Assembly (NCBI GenBank): GCA_004431415.1
Contig: QPMI01000662.1
Coordinates: 1 to 64,000 of the forward strand
Origin: Cyanophora paradoxa CCMP329
Taxonomy: Eukaryota > Plantae > Glaucophyta
Direction: 5' to 3'
DNA: 64,000 bases
The notes under the pieces are model-generated. The model saw nothing but the letters and a program-made list of their open reading frames with translations, was not told the DNA's origin and searched no databases. Position numbers and translations under genes: made by a program. Numbering within the stretch: the stretch's first letter is position 1; each line of letters starts with the position of its first letter. This document shows positions 21,187 to 30,643 of this stretch, piece after piece.

Positions 21187-21578
21187 TTCGCTTCGGCAAC
21201 TTCCTGCGCATACGCCGCTGCGAATCGGACGGCCGCGGCGCCCGGCTCGAGCTCGAGGCGTTCGCGCTCGCGATCGCGCTCGCGCTAGCGTTAGCGCGCG
21301 CTAGCTATAGCGAATTATCGGCTAAATTCTCGGCGCCGCCACAGGGAAGAACCGAAAGGAACGATGCCTCCGAGCGACGTGCACAGCTCGATGACCGCGA
21401 AGCGCACGCCGTGGTTCGCAAGGCACTGCCACGTGCACGCGCGCGGCGTCATGATCAACCTTCCCTCGTAGATCGAGACGTCCGCGCCCAGCACTCCGGC
21501 GGCGAGTCCCGCCGCAGCTGCCGCGCCGGCCGCCGCAGCCACGAGGGCCAGGAGGAGCAAGAGCCGCGCCGGCGCCAT
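21187..21578 (-). pseudogene. Truncated GH25 lysozyme copy (5' exons only)
   Basis: Inverted near-copy of 33778-34125 (signal peptide, GADVSIYEG, WQCLANHGVRFAVIE); homology stops near 21187. Confidence 0.75.
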
Positions 21579-22050
21579 TGCGCGTACCGTGTACCCGGCC
21601 CGTCAATCCCCGTGGCTAGTTTGCAACAGAGGGAGTACTGAAATCAAGCAAGTGCTAGTCTGCACTGCGACGAATGACTGGGTGCCAAAAGGGGACAACT
21701 CGAGTCTGCACTGAGGCTAGGCCTAGGCTATCAGACATAGGCAGAGGCCGAAGCTGAAGAGACAGGTGCCGAAGGCACTAGGCAGACGAGAGAGGACCCG
21801 AAATGCCGCCAAGGCGCGGCCGAAGGGCGCGCTGGCACCCAGAAGAAAGGAAGGAGCAGTGAAAGAGAGAAGAGGCCCGGAGGGCCGAATTCGAAAGCAG
21901 GCGGGGAGCCCGACGGCGACCCGGCGGGAGCCAGGGTGCGGGCCTGCCGGCGCAAGGGCCGGGGGCCAGCGTGCCGCAGGGCGCGGACGGGGGGCCGGCG
22001 ACCGCCTCCTAGCGCGGCAACCGACCCCCGCCGCCCCGTGAAGAGCTGAA

Positions 22051-23106
22051 TCAGACGGAGGGGGCGCCGGGGCGCATGGCCCAGAGGGCAGCGCGCTGGC
22101 GGCGGACGAGGGCGGGGGCCGCCCGGATGTACACCTGGAAGGCGGAGGAGGCCCACCGGCCGAGATTCTGGATGGCGTGGTCGGGAAGGCCGCACTCGTG
22201 GGCGAGAGTGGCGCCGCCGATGCGGAAGCTGTGGGGCAGGGCGGCCCGGGCGGGGAAGCCGGAGGCCCGGAGCCACGCCGCGAGGGTGGCGGCGAACTCG
22301 GACTTGAGGAGCGGTGCCCCCGTGACGACGTGCGCGAACAGGGGCGCGTCAGGCCCGAACGGAGCGCGGGCGGCGGCGAGCTCCCCGAGGGCGCAGTGGG
22401 GGCAGATGGGGTCGTCGAGGTGGGGCAGGTCGACGTCGACGCCCTTGCGGCCGGGGTCGGCCTTGTTGTACTTGAGCCGGAGGCGCGCGAAGTCGCAGTC
22501 GTCCGCGGAGAGGAGCTGCAGGTCCCGGACGAGGAAATGCCGCGACGGGTCGAAGCCGTCGGGAGAGGCCAGAGACAGCTCGCCCGCCCGGAAGAGCCCG
22601 AAGAAAGCTGTCGAGAAGGCAGCCCAGAAGAGAGTCGACTGGGGGCCGGGGTTTGCACGGGCCAGGCGGGCGAAGGCGGAGAGCATCTCCGGGGTGACGG
22701 GGTCCCGTGGGAGGGACGGGGAGGCCTCGCCCAGCCGCTCCGTGCCGGTGACGATGCGGCGGAGGCGGGGGCAGGAGGACCAGAACTTGGGGAAGCCCTC
22801 GTCGATGTGGAGGGACTGGACCCCCATGACGTACTTCTTGATGGTGCCCTGGGCGCAGCGCAGCAGCTGGAGCCAGGAGGCGAAGAGGCAGAGCGTCTCC
22901 TCCGAGGCCGGGCAGACGCGGCCGAAGGCGTCGTGCCGGCCGGTCTCGAGGCAGAAGAAGAGGAACTTGCGTTGGCCAGTCAGGTACGCCTTGTGGGTCG
23001 TCGCGGCCAGGCCCGCCTTGATCAGGCGGTGGAGGTTGCGCCAGACCGCCTCCTCGTCGACGGGGTCGAGGTCGCGGGCGGCGCGCCGGGGTCCAGCGTC
23101 GGCCAC
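22051..23106 (-). CDS. Tyrosine recombinase of the retrotransposon
   Basis: FFGLFRAGEL, LKYNKADP, HSFRIGGAT, LGRWASSAFQVYIR; catalytic residues intact. Confidence 0.95.
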   Translation of the reverse strand: MADAGPRRAARDLDPVDEEAVWRNLHRLIKAGLAATTHKAYLTGQRKFLFFCLETGRHDAFGRVCPASEETLCLFASWLQLLRCAQGTIKKYVMGVQSLHIDEGFPKFWSSCPRLRRIVTGTERLGEASPSLPRDPVTPEMLSAFARLARANPGPQSTLFWAAFSTAFFGLFRAGELSLASPDGFDPSRHFLVRDLQLLSADDCDFARLRLKYNKADPGRKGVDVDLPHLDDPICPHCALGELAAARAPFGPDAPLFAHVVTGAPLLKSEFAATLAAWLRASGFPARAALPHSFRIGGATLAHECGLPDHAIQNLGRWASSAFQVYIRAAPALVRRQRAALWAMRPGAPSV

Positions 23107-25337
23107 GTTGGTGCGGTGGCCTCCGGAGCCGCCGTCGCGTGCAGAGCGCGGAACTCGGCGATCTGCCCGCGGGAGAGCGCGTCAGCAAGGCGGTTGCGCA
23201 CGCCATCGATGTGCTCTACGGAAAACTCGAAGGAGTGAAGCACGGAAAGGGCATAGAGGGTGCGGATCAGGGCGGCGATGGCGGGCTGGGGCGAGCGGCC
23301 TTTCTTAAGAGCGTTAACCATAGGCTCGCAGTCTAGGCGGAAGAGGATGCGGTGGCGGGCCCACAGGGGGCCCCAGGTGGCGGCGGCGATGATGAGCGCC
23401 ATCAGCTCTTTCCACGGCATGCTATCGGGGGGTACACCGGTGGGGATGAGGTGCGCGTAGTCCGCCCAAGAGCCGTAGAGCCAGCGAGGGCCGAACACAG
23501 CGCCGAAGCCAGTTGTGCAGGCGTCGGTCTCGAGCTGCAGGTCGAGGGCCGGAGTGAAAGCGTTTGAGCGAGGCAGGAGGCGCACGCCGTGGCGGGAAGC
23601 CAGAAGGAACTGCCACCAGGCGACCTCAGCGGCGAAGGGCCGGCCAAGACGCGCCCGATGGTGCTTCGCGCGCAGCCCCTTGGCCTGCGCGATCAATCGC
23701 TGAAGGAAGTGCTGGCCGGGGGGCACCACCGCGGCAGCAAAGGAGAGCTTCCCGATGAGGGACTCGAGCTCGTGGCGCGTAGCAGAGCGGCGCCGCGCCC
23801 AGCGCGCGAGCTCGGCCTGAATCTCGGCCAGACGCTCGGGGGGCAGGCGGGCCTCCATGGCCAGCGTGTCGAGGAGGATGCCGAGGAAGACGAGGCAGGT
23901 CGTGGGGCCTGTACGCTTCTCGGGCGAGAGCGGGACGCCGAGGTCCGCGCAGGTGGCGGCCAGGTGAGCCATGGCCGCCGCGCACTCGCCCGTCCCGCTC
24001 CGGCCCGTGCTGAGGATGTCATCGACGAAGCGGATGGGCTGGAAGCCTTCCTGCCGCATCGCCCAGTCGATGACCTGCGCGAGATCTTCGAAGATACGCG
24101 GAGACGAGCGGCCGCCGAAGGGGAGGACGATATCAAAGTAGTACTCGTACTGGTCCGGTCGGGCGGGGTCGGGGAGCTTGTACCCCAGCAGCCCCCAGTC
24201 GGCGGGGCGCACGGGGCAGAGCTTGAAGGCATCGACGATGTCGTCCTTCCCAAGCTCCGCCCCGGGGCCGAGCGCGACGATGCGCCGGATGGCGTGCTCG
24301 ACGGTCGGCAGCCGGTAGTGCAGCTCCTCGACAGAGATGCCGTCGTTGACCGCCTGACCCCGGAACTTAGGGTACGAGAGGTCATGGATGCGGCGGTACT
24401 TAACGGGATTAGAGTGCTTCTTGGGGACCGCGCCCAACGGGGAGGAGACGAAGGGCTCCATGGGGGGGGAGGGGAAGGGGCCAAGGGTACGGCCGAGGGC
24501 GACGCTCCTGGCGACGTCGGCCCGCACCGCCGCCAGGTGATCGAGCGCGGAGGGGTGGGGCCGGTAGTCGGCCAAGAAGGCGGGGCCACGGTAGAGGAGG
24601 GGAAACCCGTCGCGGAAGCCGGAGACCAGACGTTCGGCGAGGGAGGGGTCGGGGTGGCCGGAGAGGGCCGCCGCGACGCGGTCGGGGCGGACCGGCGTCT
24701 GCGCCAGAGCCAGGGAGAACGGCAGGACCTGCGAGTACGCATACGTAGGCACTGCCGTGGAAAAGGCGGGAGGGAGGGGGAGGCCCGGCCGCAAGCGAGG
24801 GCGGGCTCCCCACGGAGAGGAGGCCGGGGCCGGCGTCGGCGGCGGCGCGCCCCTTGGACGCCCACCGGCCTCTGCGCTCGAAGGCGTGGGCGCAGGCGAG
24901 GGCGCAGGCGGGGCGGGGGGCGGGAGCGCAGCCGGGCGAGGTGTAGGTGGATGAGTGGGGGTCGCCCCCCGCGGCAGAGGGTCCGCGGAGGGAGGGCTCG
25001 GGGGGCCGGGGGGTACGCTGGGGAGAGCCACGGCCGCCAGCGCCGGCAGGGAGGGGAGTTTAGGCGAGGGGGAGCCCGGCCGCAGCGAACTTGCCGCGGG
25101 AGGGGCTGGAGGCGCAGGAGGCCTCCTTGCAGGAGGGCGAGCCGCAGTGGATGCAGCGGTGCTGCCCGTAGCGGCACCGGCCGTCCTTGAGGCGGTCGCA
25201 GTGGAGCCCGACGTTGTAGCTCCAGCAGACGGCGTCCTTGGCGGCGGCCGCCTGCGCGTAGCGCGCGTCCTCCTTGTGCAGGAGGACGCCGGCGCCCTTG
25301 AGGGCCGCGATGGCCGCTGCGCGGTCGGGGACCCCAC
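23022..25337 (-). CDS. Reverse transcriptase / RNase H
   Basis: SSPLGAVPKK..YRRIHDLSYP, DIVDAF, LPFGGRSSP, FVDD, FLGILLDT; RNase H TDAC, KELMA, NRLADALSR. True start uncertain. Confidence 0.95.
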   Translation of the reverse strand: MGSPTAQRPSRPSRAPASSCTRRTRATRRRPPPRTPSAGATTSGSTATASRTAGAATGSTAASTAARPPARRPPAPPAPPAASSLRPGSPSPKLPSLPALAAVALPSVPPGPPSPPSADPLPRGATPTHPPTPRPAALPPPAPPAPSPAPTPSSAEAGGRPRGAPPPTPAPASSPWGARPRLRPGLPLPPAFSTAVPTYAYSQVLPFSLALAQTPVRPDRVAAALSGHPDPSLAERLVSGFRDGFPLLYRGPAFLADYRPHPSALDHLAAVRADVARSVALGRTLGPFPSPPMEPFVSSPLGAVPKKHSNPVKYRRIHDLSYPKFRGQAVNDGISVEELHYRLPTVEHAIRRIVALGPGAELGKDDIVDAFKLCPVRPADWGLLGYKLPDPARPDQYEYYFDIVLPFGGRSSPRIFEDLAQVIDWAMRQEGFQPIRFVDDILSTGRSGTGECAAAMAHLAATCADLGVPLSPEKRTGPTTCLVFLGILLDTLAMEARLPPERLAEIQAELARWARRRSATRHELESLIGKLSFAAAVVPPGQHFLQRLIAQAKGLRAKHHRARLGRPFAAEVAWWQFLLASRHGVRLLPRSNAFTPALDLQLETDACTTGFGAVFGPRWLYGSWADYAHLIPTGVPPDSMPWKELMALIIAAATWGPLWARHRILFRLDCEPMVNALKKGRSPQPAIAALIRTLYALSVLHSFEFSVEHIDGVRNRLADALSRGQIAEFRALHATAAPEATAPTWPTLDPGAPPATSTPSTRRRSGATSTA

Positions 25338-26671
25338 CCCCCGGCGGCGGCGGCGGTGCGCGTCGCAGGGCGGGGGGCGGACCCGCGCGCGTGGCCCCCG
25401 GCGGCCGGCTCCGTGCCGGCGCCGCCGAGAAAGGAGCGGACGTCCGAGGGGGCCCGCGGGGCCGTGAGGGAGGTCAGGTAGGTCGTCAGGGCGTTGGCGT
25501 TGTAGCCCTGGAGGGCGAGGATCTTCGCCTCCCCCGGGGGGGCGACGAGGACCTCCGCCTGCCAGTGCTGGAGCCAGCGCCAGACCTGGCGCCAGTCGGC
25601 GCAGTGGGCCAGGCGAGTGATCTCGTGCCCCTGCGAGGCCCAGGCAGTTGCGAGGCGGATGCGCTGCTCGGGGGAGAGCTCGGGGTCCGACAGCACCGTG
25701 ATAATGATGGTGAAGACGACGTTGGCGTAGTCGACAGGGGGGAGGACGCCGGCGCCGTCCGTGCCCGCCTCGAGGGCGTCCGCAGAGAGGACGAACGGGT
25801 CGTCCTCGAGGGCCCCGGCCCCGCTAGGCACATAGAGGATGCCCTTATCGCCTAAGGGGATACGGGAGGGCCCGGTGGCAGTGGCGGGGAGGAAGCGGAG
25901 CGTCTCTTTATAGAGCTTGAAGAGGTCGATGGGCTTACCATCGCGGAGCCGAGCGGGGAGCTTGGAGCCCGCGGCCTCCGAGATGACGTGCTGGGGCACG
26001 TTGGACTGACGGCTCTGGGAGACGTGGAGGGCCCGCACGGCCTGCTGCGCCCGCTCGACCTCGGCGCGGATGGTGTCGCTGAGTTGCGCGGCCGGAGAGG
26101 ACTGCTGCAGCGTCTCGACGCGGTGGATGACGTTGCCGAGGCCGGTGAGCAGCTCGCGCTCCAGGGTCTCAGTGCGCTCCTCCTGACGGTGGAGCTGCGC
26201 CTGGAGGGAGCGGATGCACTCGGTGAGGGTGCGGACTTCGTTGGCCGACGCCGCCGCAGGCTGCGCGCCGCGCCGCGCGGCCGCCCGGGGCTGGGGGCCA
26301 GCGGGGGACGCCGCGGCCGCTGCGGGGGCCGGGGGCGGAGACTGCGGGGCGGGGAGGCGAGCGGGCGGGGAGGGATGCTCCGCCGCCATGGCCTCCGGCA
26401 CGCGCATCGCGGGGGTGCGAGCGGGGCTGCGAGGCGGCTGGGGGCTCGAAGGAGCCCCGAGGCCGGGACCGCGGCTGGCGCCGCGGGCCCCGCGTGCTGC
26501 CCGCGCGGGCGTTGCGACCGCATTTACGGTCGCTGACGGCCCGATGGAGCCGAGTCCACGCTGCTGGGCCTGGCGCCGGCCGCCCTGGTCGATGAGCGAG
26601 CCATCCGCGAGGACCGGATTGCTGCCCTGAGCAGCGAGGCCGGCGATTTTGGAACGGGTGTTGTGAGACAT
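25060..26671 (-). CDS. Gag-like ORF1 with coiled coil and C-terminal Cys/His zinc fingers; one frameshift near 25340
   Basis: MSHNTRSK.. coiled coil; after a shift in a G-run, CWSYNVGLHCDRLKDGRCRYGQHRCIHCGSPSC, stop at 25060. Confidence 0.75.
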
Positions 26672-26877
26672 GCTACTAGAGGCCGAAAAGCTGTGCTGAA
26701 GGCTAGAAAACAACCGCACGCCGACCGAGCGTCGCGCGTCGGGCCGGGCGGGTACACGAATGACTGTCTAGTTTGCACCACGGGATTAACCTAAGAGAAC
26801 TACACTTCTCTACCCAGAGCTGCCGGGGTAGACGCACTCGCGGGTCGCTTTGAATCCGCACTCAGCACTCGGAAAAG

Positions 26878-29768
26878 ATGAAGATCGCCGCGTTCCTCGT
26901 CCTCGCCCTCGCGGCCTCGGCCCTCGCACAGGGTGAGCGGGGGGCGTGCCGTGGGCGCGCCGCGAGCGCTCGGCCGGGCCGCGGGCTGTTCGACAAACAG
27001 CCACGGCCGGCTGGCGACCTCTGCGGCGGCGCCTTTCCGCCCCTTATAGACCTTAGATCTGAACCAAGCTGACGTTCGCGCGCCGCGCGCGTCCAGGGAA
27101 ACTAAAAGGCCCGACACCCGTCCCCGAAGCGACCGCGACCTCGGTCGTGCAAGGTGAGGCCGGTTGAAACAGCGCTTCGGCATCTCGCTGCGCCTATCGC
27201 GCTGCCTCGCGTTCGCACTGCGGCCGGCTGTGCAGCCGCGCTACCTGCCCCCGCGCGCTCCCGCCTTCCTGTCGCGTGCGCAGGTCCTTATGCGACACCG
27301 GAAGTGATTTCGGGTTCGTTGCTTAGTCGGCCTCTGCTAGCGCGCGCGCGCTCCCGCGCGCCCGAGCGCCGATCGCGCGAGCTCTGCTCACATCGACTCG
27401 TGCAAACAGAGAAGCCTGGCACCATCTCGACGACAACACTTCCGGACAGTGCGTTCGCGTTTCTTGCACACGCGCCGGAGTTCACACGCGTTCAGAGAAC
27501 GGCGCCGCCGTCACTCCCATCTACGAGATCCCGACCACCGTTGGCAAGGGTTCCGGTACAACTCGGCTCCGCTCTCTGCGCCCTGCAGCATCGCTTGACG
27601 CCCGCCCGATCTGCAGTACCGACCCCGACGGTTGAGATCCCGACTACAGTAGGCAAGGGCACCCGTGCGTCCTGTCCCTCGCCACCTGTTTGCATCTGCG
27701 CCCGACACCCTCCCCGCAGCGGCGCCGGTGTACCAGGTTCCCACGGCCACCGAGACCGCGGCTGCCACACCCGAGGTCATCGCCAAGCCGGGCACTGGTG
27801 CGGGGCCGTCTCGCGCGCTCAAACGGCGCGCCTGACGCCCCTCGCAGTGTCCCAGGCGCCCACGGAGACGACAGCCGCGGCCACGCCGGAAGTCATTGCC
27901 AAGCCTGGCGCCAGTGCGCATCGAGCCTCCCCGCCCGCTCCAGGCGGCCGCCCGCCCGCCCTTACGCCCTCGGCGCTTCAGTTTCCCAGGCCCCTGCGGC
28001 CACCGCGACGGCGGCTGCCACTCTCGTCGAGATCATCGCCAAGCCCGGCACCGGTGCGCCCTGAACTCCACTCGCGCCCGTGCTGCGTCGCGCCTGACGT
28101 GTCGCGGCTATCAGTGTCGCAGGCGCCCACGGAGACAGCGGCCGTCGCTACCCCCGAGGTCATTGCCAAGCCGGGCACCAGTGCGCATCGAGCCTCCGGG
28201 CCCGCTCCAGGCGGCCGCCCCTGACGCCGCCCCGCCACAGTTTACCAGGCGCCTGTGGCCACCGCGACGCCAGCGGCCGCCACACCCGAAGTAATTTCCA
28301 AGCCGGGCACCGGTGCGCCTTTATAATTGATCCCGCGCCCGCGCCGCGCCGCCGCGCCTGACGCCCCATCAGTGGGCCAGGCGCCGGCGGCAACAGCGAC
28401 AGCGGCTGCGACGCTCGTCGAGATCATCGCCAAGCCGGGCACCGGTGCGCCTGGGCCCTCGCCGGCTCCCGGCCGCCTTGCCGCCCGACGCCCCTCGGGC
28501 CGCCAGTGTCCCAGGCGCCCACCGAGACGCCAGCGGTGGCCACGCCCGAGGTCATCGCCAGGCCGGGCTCACCCGTCCAGCAGGCCAGTCCGCCCGGGCC
28601 CCCGCCGGCCCGCCGGGCCCGACGCGCGCCCCTCGCGCAGGGCCCGATCCTGCGCCCGAGCCCGCTGCCGGTCCGCCAGGGCCCGTGCAGCAGGGCCCCG
28701 TGCAGCAGGGGCCCGTCCAGCAGGTGCCCCGCCGCCTTCGCGGCCCCGGCCGGCGAGCTCTGAGCCCCGGCGCCCCGCGCAGGTGCCGATCGTGCCGACG
28801 CCCCTCGCGACGGCCCTCGTCTTCCCACCGCCGCCGGCGCGCCCCGCCCCGTCCTGCCCCCGCGGCCGGCCGCCGGCTGAGGGGCGGGGCGCGCAGTGAC
28901 GGCGACGGCGGCGGTGCTGCCGACGGGGCTCGCCACGCCGACGCCGGCCTTCACTGAGATCGTCCTCTTCCCGACCCCGACGGTGACCCCGCGCCCCCGC
29001 CCGCCCCGCGCCCCGCGCCTCGCCTCGCCCCGCGCCGGCCGGGCCCCGCAGAGACCCCGGCCCCTTCTTTACGGGGCTCATCACGCCCACCGCGACCCGT
29101 GCGCGCCGCGCCGTGCCGCCGCGCGCGCCGCGCCCCCGGCCGAAGAGCTGCCCGCCCCCCGCCCCGCCCCGTCCCGCCGCGCAGCGACCTTCGAGCTCTT
29201 CACGCCCGCGCCGACCTTTGCGGTCTTCACGCCGGTGCCGACATTTGCTGTGCCGACGGGTGCGCCCTGGCCCCGGCACGCCCCGTCCAGTGGAGGCAGT
29301 GGGTCGTTGACGTCGCTGGGGCAGGCACCCCGGCGGTCATCATTCCCACCGTGGTCGTCGTCCCCGTCACCGGTGCGCCCCGCCGCGGGCGCCGGCCAGC
29401 TTGCAGCTTAGCTTACAGTCTGCGCAGGGACGCCCGTCGTGCGCCCCGCCCCGCGCTGAGCCTGGGCCCGGGCGCGCCCCGCGCCGCTCGTGATCGGCGG
29501 GCGGGGGCCCCTCGAGCTCCTCTGATGACGAGTCGCCCTCGGCCCGCAGCCGACGGCCCCGATCGAGGTCATCATCATCACGACGGCAGCGCCCACCCCC
29601 GCCGCCGGCGCCCCGACCCGCACACCGCCCCCGTGCGCGCCCCGCCCCAGCCGATCCCCAGCCGAGAGCCGCTGCTTGAGCCCCCGCGCCGGCGCCCACT
29701 CGCGCAGGCGGCGACCGGCGGGTGCCGGCCCGCCCAACGGGGCCCTCGCCGAGAACTTCGCCCTCTAG
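26878..29768 (+). CDS. Secreted Thr/Pro/Ala-rich mucin-like protein, copy 1 (many short exons)
   Basis: Signal peptide MKIAAFLVLALAASALAQ; repeated exons such as APTETAAVATPEVIAKPGT; ends ..ENFAL*. Confidence 0.7.
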
Positions 29769-30289
29769 CCGGCCCGCGCCGCCCCCCGATAAACGACAAA
29801 CAGCTTTTAGTGAGATGCGCGCGACCGATCGCATCGCACCTATTCGTAGTGATGTCACATATTTCGTGTTTCGAAATGGCATTTCATTCTGTTCTCGCCA
29901 TTTCGGCTTGCAACCGTTGATCATCATGGCATGAACATGCATGCGCTTCAGTTGCAAGGCTTTGAGGTGCCACGGTGCGGGGCGCCACGCCGTGACGGTG
30001 AGGCTTTAAATTTACTGCTCACGGGTACTACGGTACTAATTTATAAACTCTAGGCTAAACTGGTCACGAATTCGAATTTAAATTCTCATGATCACCGATC
30101 GCGCCGGCGAGTCTCTGAGTCACTGAGCGAGGCGCCGCATGCGCAGTGCCGCAGTGCGGCTGATCAAAACGACTCGGCGAGGCCCGGCGGCCGCTGCGTC
30201 GCCGAGTCGACGGCTAGCGCTGCAGACTCTGAGACAATGATGCTCCGAGGCTCGCGAATTCGAACTCTAGATCTCATGATCACTTAGTC

Positions 30290-30322
30290 ACGATCATGAT
30301 CATGATCATGATCATGATCATG
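30290..30322. repeat. (ATCATG)n palindromic microsatellite in the spacer
   Basis: gatcatgatcatgatcatgatcatgatcatga. Confidence 0.8.
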
Positions 30323-30643
30323 AATTCAATGATTCACAAATTTGAAATTAAAGTTCAGCTGCAGCTGCATGCGTGCCGGCCGCGCCAGTGCCCGGTCCCC
30401 CGACCGGCCCACTGTCGAGTCCCTGCAGCTGCCCAATTAATATTGCAAGCTTGTCTTTGCTATTGACTCTAACTCTACGAATCACGAAATCTCGAAACAC
30501 GAAATTATGTTACATCGCTACGTACGAGTCTTCTACTACGAGACGATGATACTGCAGTACGATTGACTGCGCGCATCTCGCAGCTGCTCGTCGGCGGGCT
30601 GCGCGGGCGGGAGTCCCGGCTGCAGGCTGCGGGGCCCCCGAGG

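Larger units (their letters stand above)
21602..26816 (-). mobile_element. Ngaro/DIRS-class tyrosine-recombinase retrotransposon, 5.2 kb, no TSD
   Basis: Overlapping gag, RT/RNase H and YR ORFs. Ends are defined by the empty site in the duplicate arm (GTGTACCCGGCCC|GAGCTGCCGGGG, reverse complement of 33744-33768). Confidence 0.93.

Noticed and set aside
23693-26719. Single 1008-aa ORF1
   Set aside because: After about 25340 it is an off-frame shadow of the zinc-finger and RT regions; the real gag ends at 25060 in another frame.
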